NCBI GenBank assembly: GCA_000092065.1
Contig: CP000587.1
Source: Ostreococcus lucimarinus
Lineage: Eukaryota
Reading direction: 5' to 3' (one strand)
DNA: 64,000 nt
A model generated the notes under the pieces. The model was not told where the DNA came from. It ran no database searches and worked only from the letters and a program-made list of their open reading frames with translations. Position numbers and translations under genes: made by a program. Positions within the stretch are counted from its first letter, which is position 1, and every line of letters begins with the position of its first letter. Shown piece after piece: positions 57,201 through 64,000 of the stretch.

Positions 57201-58219
57201 AAGTTATCCGCGAATCCCATCGGCCGATACGTGTGACCCATGCAAGCATAGAACAATCCGCACGCGGTGCACAAAGAGCGTCGCTTATCTGGACCGAGAC
57301 GCATCTTTGGTGTCTCTTCTTTGCTGATGCCGCATTGTACGCAGTGGGAGGCGATTTCACCGTCTAAGACGTCGATCTTGTCCACTTCCCAATTCTGGAA
57401 CTTGTTCTCTTTGAACTGCTTGCGAAACGCCCGTCGTGTCTTTTCTTCTTCGTCAAGTTCATCTTCTTTCACGACGGGAATCGGTGCGTGCTTGACAATC
57501 GGCGCCCACAACGCCCTCGCGCGCTCGTCAATGTACGTCGGGTAGTACGGACGGTACCAGCTCGGCGTTGGACTACCCATCAACAAATCTAAGGCCTTCT
57601 CCGCGCGTTCAACAATGAAGTCTTCGTAAAGTCGCCGCCGACGTCTTGCGCACTCTTGCAAAATGATCACCGCCGCGCCGCTCGCCGTCGCGCTTCCTTT
57701 CTCATCCGTTCGCACGTGTCGTTTATTCTCCTTCACACGATCATTCCCCCATATCAAATGGTGCCAACCCACGTCATCCGTCCACGCCGCGTACGGTTCA
57801 TCACCGCAGTACCCTTCGACGAAGTAATTCTTCGGCACCAATCTTCCATTCAAACCTCTATCCTCCTCCGTCGCCGTGCCGAGACTCCCCACGTCCGCGT
57901 CCACCTCAAACGCCCAATGCGTCCTCAACGGTCGCTCGATCCGCGTGCCGCGCCACGACGTCAGCCTCGACTCTTTCCGTAATTTCTCCACTCGCGAGCT
58001 CTGTCTCGCCGGTTCTCTCTTCACTCTCGGTCCTCGTCCTCTTCCGCGGCCGCGTCCGCGCCCTCGCCCTCGTCCGCGGCCCGGCCCGTCTCCCTCTCCA
58101 CCGATCCCCGCCTCGCTCGCCAGCTTCGCCAGCGCCAAGCGTTCCATCAGCGCTTTATTTCTTTCGATTTTCGCTTGTCGCTCGCGCTCGTACTCGGTGA
58201 GCTCTTCTTCGCGCGCCAT
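54230..58219 (-). CDS. Chromatin-associated protein with two bromodomains, a ZIM-type GATA zinc finger (C-x2-C-x20-C-x2-C), a Tudor/chromo-barrel-like segment and an N-terminal (GR)n tract
   Basis: ATG at 58219-58217. Bromodomains at PFERLPSRFTLPDYYEIIKCPVD..FTNCQRFNDPASMLYRDAEVL and PFELLPTRKALPEYYRAISAPID..LSNCQNFNESSSTLYKDAEVL. GATA-like CVQCGISKEETPKMRLGPDKRRSLCTACGLFY. GRGRGRGRGRGRGRG near the N-terminus. Confidence 0.85.
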   Translation of the reverse strand: MAREEELTEYERERQAKIERNKALMERLALAKLASEAGIGGEGDGPGRGRGRGRGRGRGRGRGPRVKREPARQSSRVEKLRKESRLTSWRGTRIERPLRTHWAFEVDADVGSLGTATEEDRGLNGRLVPKNYFVEGYCGDEPYAAWTDDVGWHHLIWGNDRVKENKRHVRTDEKGSATASGAAVIILQECARRRRRLYEDFIVERAEKALDLLMGSPTPSWYRPYYPTYIDERARALWAPIVKHAPIPVVKEDELDEEEKTRRAFRKQFKENKFQNWEVDKIDVLDGEIASHCVQCGISKEETPKMRLGPDKRRSLCTACGLFYACMGHTYRPMGFADNLNSTVEFKDLQINGYVEVKEEKNVEVTDDAEARCERVAVTLSVSDAGDLVLNVDVVEDDRMEVDVAADDGLSRYERTEKDWERHSEPLSTQYPAVNRFLPGAPVSTSTMLMRTTRGVVEDYPIDAVDWSSLPHFTKLVTLASTGLITNRQVMADELPEERLYQRAVPYAAHSHLKRMVETGRYEKYQLNLTESERYKPVEYEWKPDQIDGDTLFGYSEEQVQDSLEAHMERKVEAAAMDDADETKREMLANIALEDLDAKRTFEYQVLRSIESFEKAAEKSERDAERERERERRRRDAEEEEVRREAEMELHGGRRVVCMKESIGYSAEDLAAYEGEEDIPDPIAITCAGHVGMLQTMCKSRAERIHDVASDKIVGGGEFERMSGCGSSKKWRNSCRVLNPDDTPGITIGAHLVERGDEKGDDVIGRRIAVWWATEQLFYLGNVEAYNVANGDHSIRYDDGQLEDVALCMQRVKWLDSDVLVPNDEEEAEDEKAPSRLHVRPPGVAGSEEATVRVPLGGFSVYTRLKPSTTTMKHSERRKCFEILQAVRKVEADGRSLSEPFERLPSRFTLPDYYEIIKCPVDCAAIERMLRKSMAGYPNVWFFLVAMELMFTNCQRFNDPASMLYRDAEVLRGVYLKAVQERFPGHPVPSKNIYDNVDEPAWDKPVDDGVIEDEDDPFPQKYVQPELRQSNTQAAPQRKRRARYDSDSEEYVPKRKSQRSAPRDRRVPKNPLDCAIYVLSRVHGNAMPLNSLYEIMVEKGVDCGLWGRRPLAALGALLRQNPLVFRDARGGEVWELVNKVDVDTDEEIDYLADDGREEMSEDTAEASPPPEKIEMTKQETSACRSVLAAIRASKDKKGRKRADPFELLPTRKALPEYYRAISAPIDLGSIQKCLNAGGYPSTWMFCVALELMLSNCQNFNESSSTLYKDAEVLRGVIAKTIQSLYPGHPVPERDSPYDAAKCVEPRWRPPADKGAPKPKLRFTMKTVSK

Positions 58220-58522
58220 GCCGCGTCGTCAATCGCGTTCGAGCGGTGAATCGCTTTTTGAATTTGTTTTTTAGTCTGCGCGCCCGGTGCCGGCGCGGAA
58301 ACCGAACCGTCGTTTGATTGGACGCGCGTCGACGCGCGAGCGATGCGGTCGCGCGCGCGCGCGCGCGCTCGGCGGCGCGAGCGGGACGAGCGCGCGCGAC
58401 GTCGGCTCGATCTGCGGCGCCGCGCGACGCGGGGACGAGGGGACGACGGGGTGAAATCCGTGTGTGAGATTGAGACTGGGCGCGGCGCGCGAACGCGCGC
58501 GAGGACGACGGGCGTTACATCG

Positions 58523-59413
58523 CTAGAGCGGGACGAAAGGAAAGTCGGGGGAGCGGCGGAGCCAATTGGTGGGGCGCCAAGTCGCGGTGGCGTCGACGTA
58601 GTGGACCGAGTACGCGTGGCGAGACGCCGGCGAAAGATTCGGGCGACTGTAGTGCACGTTTTGGCCGTGAAGCACGACCAAGGTTCCGGCGGGGACGTCC
58701 AAGGGTTCGGCGACGGTGAGGTCGTGCGTCGGGGCGTCGCCGATGAATTCGACCGCGCGAGTGCCGTCGTGGTCAACGACCATGCGTCGCGCGACATCGG
58801 GCGTGCCGGAGAGCGCGTGCAGGCAGCCGTTTTCCAGCGTGCAATCCTCGAGGGCGAGCCAAATTCCGACGCACGTCGGTGGGTCGGTGTTCAAAAAGGT
58901 TGAGTCTTGATGCGGCACCACTTCACCGCCGATGGACGGTTGTTTGAATATGTACATGGACTGCACCGGTTGCGGATTCCGCGGCGAGCCCAGCGTTTTG
59001 AATAGATTCTTCACCTTTTCCGAGCGACTCCACGCGCGAAACACTGGATCTAAATCGTGCAGCGCGTGTCCGATTTTGTTGATCGAGAGGTGTTTCGGCA
59101 CGCGCAGTTCGCCCCGTTCATCGAACGCTCCCTCTTCAAAGAAGCAACAGACTTTGTCGGCCGACCCCAAAAAATACTCGTCCGTCGCCCGTTTCTGCCC
59201 GGACTGATTCACGGTAGAGAAGATCGACTCTCTGTTTGCGTTGGCGTCGAATTTGTCGACTATTTCCGCCGCGCGCGCGCGCATGGCGGAGATTTCGGTG
59301 GGGCTCGCGAAGTCAGTGAGCACCAAGTATCCATGCGTTTCGAACGCGCTGACGTCTTCGGGTGCGAGCGAGCCGCTCGTCGAACACTTCGACCAGGATG
59401 TCTTCGCGCGCAT
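58523..59413 (-). CDS. PHYHD1: Phytanoyl-CoA dioxygenase domain-containing protein 1 (PHYHD1-like Fe(II)/2-oxoglutarate oxygenase)
   Basis: Colinear with PHYHD1 (FETHGYLVLTDF, KSINKIGHALHDLDPVF, VQSMYIFKQP, GGEVVPHQDSTFL, WLALEDCTLENGCL, PGS, SRHAYSVHYV, WRPTNWL). Confidence 0.85.
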   Translation of the reverse strand: MRAKTSWSKCSTSGSLAPEDVSAFETHGYLVLTDFASPTEISAMRARAAEIVDKFDANANRESIFSTVNQSGQKRATDEYFLGSADKVCCFFEEGAFDERGELRVPKHLSINKIGHALHDLDPVFRAWSRSEKVKNLFKTLGSPRNPQPVQSMYIFKQPSIGGEVVPHQDSTFLNTDPPTCVGIWLALEDCTLENGCLHALSGTPDVARRMVVDHDGTRAVEFIGDAPTHDLTVAEPLDVPAGTLVVLHGQNVHYSRPNLSPASRHAYSVHYVDATATWRPTNWLRRSPDFPFVPL

Positions 59414-59628
59414 CGTGATGCGCGCCGAACGGGGGGGCGACGGGGGCTCCAGAAGCGACGCGCGTGACTGTGATGCTTTTAACCGTCTGCATTTTTTGTA
59501 AAACAGTGGCGTCGCCGAGGAGTCGTCACCGAGGAAAGGAAACTAGCAACTCAATTAGTGATTACAAGGTTTTAATGGTAACAAGACCGGTCGGTCGCGT
59601 CGCGTCGCGTCGCGTCGCTCGCTCGCCC

Positions 59629-60720
59629 TCACGCGCGAGGTTCGAAGTTCTTCTTGAAAGTTTCGGCGACGAGGATGGGAAAAGCAATAGTGGCGTCGAC
59701 GTAACATTTGACTGGTTTGGCATCCATGGTGATCTTTCCCCAAGACACTGCCTCGTCCGGGCGTGCACCGGAGTCGCTTCCATCGAACTCTTGCGCGGTG
59801 TTGATGAACACGGCGTAATCCGCGCCGTTTCGCATCAAATTACTGTTGCAAATGTGGTGCTTGGCGACGCCGCCGCCGAGAATAATGATGCCCGTCTTCC
59901 TCGGCCGTTTAACCTTGATCGACTCATCGTTCATCGCTCGAACGTCCGCGACGACGTCAATGACCAAGCCTGGGTTCTTATACGAGTGAAAGTACAACAT
60001 GTCGCCGATGGAACCATCCGTCAGCGCCGGACAATAGCAAGGAATATCGTTCTTCGCAGCCCAATAAAAGATGGAATCCTCGTGATTAATCTCCATACCA
60101 AGCCGCTTGATCACCGATGAGCACGTCCATTTCACGCCCTCTTCGTTTTGTTCCCTGAGCATCGCGTCCAATATCGGCATGATCCAATCCTCGAAATCGC
60201 AATAGTTGTCGTTTGGCTGAATCAAATTTCCGATTCGGTTCAATCCCTTCCCCCGCAAATCTTTCCCGCGAAGCGCGAAATCCCCCAAATACGTCGGTTT
60301 CATGCATTTTATGAAATCTTCCTCAACCCCACCCGCCGTCGTGCACAGCACGTCGATCATCTTATTTTTGCACAGATATTTAATAGTCTCTCGCGTCCCG
60401 CTGCTCGTCAGGTTGCTCGTCCATCCCAAAAATATCTTCGTTCGCACGTTCGCCCTGTGCGCCTCCCCTCGCTCGTCCTCGTCCGTCTCCTCCGTCACCG
60501 CCTCGTCGCTCAACCGCCACCGCAGCATTCGATTCACCTCCCCGATCGCTTGTCCCAGCGACGTCGCTTGGTACCCGGTGGTGTAGAGCGACCGCATCAG
60601 CGCGTCGTAATCGAGCGCGCCCTCGAAATCGTACCCTCGCACGACGCTCGCGTCCGCGGGCATGGGTTCGGACTTCACCAGCACCGCCTGCGCGGCGGCG
60701 TTCGGGACGCCGTGCGACAT
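59629..60720 (-). CDS. DHPS: Deoxyhypusine synthase
   Basis: ATG at 60720-60718. Full-length colinear match to DHS ([78 protein letters not shown]). Confidence 0.95.
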   Translation of the reverse strand: MSHGVPNAAAQAVLVKSEPMPADASVVRGYDFEGALDYDALMRSLYTTGYQATSLGQAIGEVNRMLRWRLSDEAVTEETDEDERGEAHRANVRTKIFLGWTSNLTSSGTRETIKYLCKNKMIDVLCTTAGGVEEDFIKCMKPTYLGDFALRGKDLRGKGLNRIGNLIQPNDNYCDFEDWIMPILDAMLREQNEEGVKWTCSSVIKRLGMEINHEDSIFYWAAKNDIPCYCPALTDGSIGDMLYFHSYKNPGLVIDVVADVRAMNDESIKVKRPRKTGIIILGGGVAKHHICNSNLMRNGADYAVFINTAQEFDGSDSGARPDEAVSWGKITMDAKPVKCYVDATIAFPILVAETFKKNFEPRA

Positions 60721-60935
60721 CTCGAGACGGCGGCGTCGCGCTCTGGCGCCGGCCGGCGGCGGGACCGCACGCGTCCCGGCCGTCGTCGGTTCGCGACTCG
60801 TCCGAGTGTGTCTTCGTATTTAACGTCTCAGACGACCATGACGGGACGATTGCGAAAGGTGGCGCCAACACCATCAACAGCAGCGATTTTCGACACCTTC
60901 GACTTCACTTCCCGAGACGACGCGAGGACGAAACG

Positions 60936-61844
60936 ATGGGCGAAGACGCGAAGACCGAGACGGCGTACGGCGCGATCGCGCGCGACGTCGACGTCGAGGC
61001 GACGCCGCTCGAGGGCGAGCGGGCGCGACGCGAAACGCTCGCCGCGAAGGTGCGCGGACGAAAAACGCTCGGATTGGCCGCGGTGGCGCTCGCGGGCGTC
61101 GGCGCGGTGGCGCGGGCGCGCGCGCCGGAGATGTTCACCGCGTCGCTCGGTCGCGCGCCGCTCGTGCCGGCGCTCGGATTGGCGGACGGGGCGTATTACG
61201 CGCGGGGCGGGAAGCACCGACTTCGAGACCCGTTCCTCAACGGCGTGCCGATGAAGCAGATGACGGACGCGCAGAAGAGCGCGAACGTTGTGAACTGGTG
61301 CCGTTTTCGTAATGTCGCGAGCAACGGAAACTTTCGATGCGGCGTGACGTGTCGCCAGGACGGAGAAAACGGCTCTAACGCGCCGGAAGTCTTTTACATC
61401 GGCAGCACGCCGGCGGACGATGACGGCAACGTCTATCGCACCATCAGCCGCAAGGGTGAAGATGGAAATATGTACGTCTGTTATTCTGACTGGTCCCAGA
61501 ATAATGGCTGGAACAGAAAAGTCATGAAGTGTCCGACGAGCGGATCCAGAGCTGTTTTGACGAACAGCACCAGTCTTCCCGAAGGCGCGAAGTTAACAAT
61601 CTCGGAAGTGCCCGCGGCCAAGAAACACACCCAAAACGTGGAATATGATATGGGCACCCTCTACACGTTCGTGAACAAAGATCTCGCGAGTCGTGAATCG
61701 GGCAAAGGTCTGTGCCGGGATTTCGGCAGCTCAATTGCGTGCCACGCACGGCAGAACAACATCGCGGACGTCAACGCCCAGTTTGAATTCATCCCAGTCG
61801 TGCCAGACGACGCTTCCGGAGATGTCTCCGCTTGCCCGGCGTAA
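60936..61844 (+). CDS. Hypothetical type-II membrane / secreted Cys-containing protein, lower-GC than its neighbours
   Basis: ATG at 60936. Hydrophobic segment TLGLAAVALAGVGAVARA after a charged N-terminus. C-terminal 200 aa hold 8 Cys and several NxS/T sites. No family recognised. Confidence 0.5.
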   Translation: MGEDAKTETAYGAIARDVDVEATPLEGERARRETLAAKVRGRKTLGLAAVALAGVGAVARARAPEMFTASLGRAPLVPALGLADGAYYARGGKHRLRDPFLNGVPMKQMTDAQKSANVVNWCRFRNVASNGNFRCGVTCRQDGENGSNAPEVFYIGSTPADDDGNVYRTISRKGEDGNMYVCYSDWSQNNGWNRKVMKCPTSGSRAVLTNSTSLPEGAKLTISEVPAAKKHTQNVEYDMGTLYTFVNKDLASRESGKGLCRDFGSSIACHARQNNIADVNAQFEFIPVVPDDASGDVSACPA

Positions 61845-62003
61845 ATTTGCCGCGTGATGCGTACTAAGTCTCGCCATCCCTGGCGAATTTTGTTCTCAAG
61901 AAGTCATCGCCAGTCGACGATGAATCCCAAACTCTTACAATAAAATGCGTCCTTGTAATAAAGATGATATCTCCAAATGACTAGTGCTACTGCGCGCTAT
62001 GTA

Positions 62004-62804
62004 CTATAATCTTGATCTAAGAGATGCGGTGTTCGCCGCGGCGTCGGCGACGTATCCCGCCTCGGCGTCGTCTAAATCCAAACCGTACTTGATCCTCGCG
62101 AGCGACGACAACTCTTCAGAGTCTAAAGTTCGCGACAACGCCTCGAACACGGTGAGTTCCTTGATTTCGTCGCCGCCATCTCGCACGCGTACCGCTTCCC
62201 CGCGCTCATTGATGCGAAAACCGACGTCTTCGGCGCGGTTCAACATCAAAGAAATCTCCCTTCGCGCCTCTGGAGGCGTCTCGGACCTCAGCACCACGCT
62301 CGGCAACCCATTCACGATCGCCTCTCTCAGCCCGGCGTCTCGCGTCAGCGCGTCGCCGTAACGAATTCTCCTCGATCGTTCCCATCGTCGCTCGAACACG
62401 CTCGGCACGTCGTACTCGATCAACTTGAGCGCCAAATTTAAGTGCGACGACCCGAGCGTGGCGTAAGCCCACCGCCGCGACGCCCACGTTCGCGCCGACA
62501 CCTCCGGGAGCACGCGCGCGTTCGCCCGCGAGAACGCCTCCCACCGTCGATACGCGTCTGATTTCAGCATATCTCGCGCCCGTTCGCGCACGACGACCGG
62601 AACGTCGTGGTTTTCGTTGAATCCATCCTCGCAAATCGACATCGCGATGCCGTGGGCGTGTTCAAGCGAGACGCCGCTGTTCGCCCTGTTCGTCGCGTCG
62701 GGGATGACGAGACGCGGCAAGACGCGCTGCATCTTCGGTTCTCGCCATTTAGAGAGCAGCGCGTTGAGGCGAACGACGTCGCCGTCATCGGCGTCGTGGG
62801 CCAT
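62004..62804 (-). CDS. Hypothetical protein, no family recognised
   Basis: ATG at 62804-62802. 266-aa ORF with coding-like GC3. Convergent with the 60936-61844 gene across an AT-rich 3' UTR spacer. Confidence 0.45.
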   Translation of the reverse strand: MAHDADDGDVVRLNALLSKWREPKMQRVLPRLVIPDATNRANSGVSLEHAHGIAMSICEDGFNENHDVPVVVRERARDMLKSDAYRRWEAFSRANARVLPEVSARTWASRRWAYATLGSSHLNLALKLIEYDVPSVFERRWERSRRIRYGDALTRDAGLREAIVNGLPSVVLRSETPPEARREISLMLNRAEDVGFRINERGEAVRVRDGGDEIKELTVFEALSRTLDSEELSSLARIKYGLDLDDAEAGYVADAAANTASLRSRL

Positions 62805-62850
62805 GGAGTGCGGCGCTCGACGAATTCAATTCTGTTACAAACGCGCGGCG

Positions 62851-63723
62851 TCAGCCCCAAATTTTCTTGGTCATCTCGTCAGGCGTCGGCTCGCTCGGGT
62901 ACGTGCCCAGCAACACGTACTGTTCTAATTCACGAGCTCCCGTGCGCTTGTACAACTCCCACTCGTTTTCGTAGTACGCGAAGCGCAGGGCGCCGTAAAT
63001 TGGGAAAAAATACGGCTTGCGATACAACAGCCGAAAATGGTACACCTCCTTCCACGCCGCGACGGCGTCCATGCGCTCCTTCCTCCCTCGCACCGACATC
63101 ACGTTCCCCGCGGACTGCACGTCGTCCAACCTCGGATTAATCATGATCATCGGCTTATCGCCCACGACCGCCTCCATCTCCTCGATGTACGGCAGCACCG
63201 AGTACCCCACGATGTTTTGCGGCTGCACCAATATGAAACAATCCGCCCCCTCGCCGTCCGCCGCGCCGATCCCACCGCTCGGGTCGATCATTCCCTCCGT
63301 CCCCGGTTCCCAATCCATCATCCCGAGCAATTTCGACACCCCGCTCAGGCTCAGCGGCAGCGCTTGAAACACTCCCTGTCCCATGCTTCGCTGCACGCAA
63401 ATCTTCACTCGCAACCCGTCGCGCGCCAGCGCCGCCGCCGTCTCGCGCACGAGCTCCAGCGTCGTCCCGACGCGATACACGTCACCGTTTACGTTCAGCT
63501 CCGGGAACTCGCTCTTGATCTTGATGCGTCGCTCGCGCGCCGTCACCGCGGCGACGATCGACTTCGTCGCGTCCTCGTAAAACCATCGCCGCGTCGCGCG
63601 CGCGTGCGGCACGTTGTTCAGCAGCGTCGGGACGTCGACGCCGGCGTTCGCGCGCGACTTGGGCGACGCGCGTCGCGCGCGCGCCGGCCGCGCGAACGCC
63701 GGCGCGGTCGTCGACGCGCGCAT
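62851..63723 (-). CDS. Conserved hypothetical protein, possibly plastid-targeted DUF1995-like
   Basis: Track start 63738 is GTG. ATG at 63723-63721 followed by an Ala/Arg/Thr-rich presequence. Family assignment is tentative. Confidence 0.5.
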   Translation of the reverse strand: MRASTTAPAFARPARARRASPKSRANAGVDVPTLLNNVPHARATRRWFYEDATKSIVAAVTARERRIKIKSEFPELNVNGDVYRVGTTLELVRETAAALARDGLRVKICVQRSMGQGVFQALPLSLSGVSKLLGMMDWEPGTEGMIDPSGGIGAADGEGADCFILVQPQNIVGYSVLPYIEEMEAVVGDKPMIMINPRLDDVQSAGNVMSVRGRKERMDAVAAWKEVYHFRLLYRKPYFFPIYGALRFAYYENEWELYKRTGARELEQYVLLGTYPSEPTPDEMTKKIWG

Positions 63724-63751
63724 GACTGTCGTCGTCACTCAGAGGCGCGCG

Positions 63752-63765
63752 ATGGGATCGACGCG

Positions 63766-63796
<31 letters not shown>

Positions 63797-64000
63797 GGAC
63801 GCGGCGAGGCGTCGGCGACGGCGACGCGCGACGCGATGGCGGCGCCGGAGGCGAGCGCGGCGACGGGCGCGGACGAGGACGCGTACGACGACGCGGTGGA
63901 GACGCGCGACGACGAGGCGGAGGTCGAGGCGGAGGTCGAGGAGGAGGTCGAGGAGATCGTCGTCGACGGCGCGGTCGGCGCGATGCAGCGCTCGGGTGAG
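63752..64000 (+). CDS. Possible 5' end of a further gene (partial, runs off the window) beginning with a poly-Asp run encoded by (GAC)n
   Basis: ATG at 63752 opens a frame with no stop before the window edge. (GAC)10 at 63766-63795. Highly acidic, so it could equally be non-coding low complexity. Confidence 0.2.

Noticed and set aside
1-64000. A prokaryotic-style defence or other operonic system (CRISPR, restriction-modification, toxin-antitoxin)
   Set aside because: Gene content is unambiguously eukaryotic nuclear: VPS35, CNOT1, eIF4A, bromodomain protein, histone-fold protein and transit-peptide-bearing plastid enzymes. I found no phage-like, transposase, or Cas-like ORFs. The tandem repeats present lack the repeat-spacer organisation of CRISPR arrays.

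Overview
The window is GC-rich (about 65%), gene-dense eukaryotic nuclear DNA, roughly one gene per 1.6-2 kb, with almost no introns and very short intergenic spacers. Its gene content (VPS35, CNOT1, eIF4A, TTLL9, SF-assemblin, plastid-targeted IspD/UPRT/AGPase/riboflavin synthase) and its GC-rich, Ala/Arg-rich low-complexity protein termini point to a flagellated prasinophyte picoalga (Mamiellophyceae, Micromonas-like). No prokaryotic or viral island, CRISPR array, rRNA gene or tRNA gene was recognised. The ORF track reports TTG/GTG/CTG codons as M, so many listed starts are not real. I moved starts to the first in-frame ATG where I could check the nucleotide sequence. Minus-strand and plus-strand ends include the stop codon. 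About 40 protein-coding genes are supported, most with recognisable homology. The long ORFs lying antisense to them are GC-composition artefacts. Findings of note: a CS(p23-like)-cyclophilin fusion; hexanucleotide microsatellites that encode the hydrophobic core of signal peptides in two unrelated genes; a roughly 6.5 kb lower-GC pocket holding two giant genes, one of them a ZIP4/SPO22-like meiotic gene; a double-bromodomain chromatin protein carrying a ZIM-type GATA finger; structured tandem repeats in two divergent promoters; and a telobox next to eIF4A.
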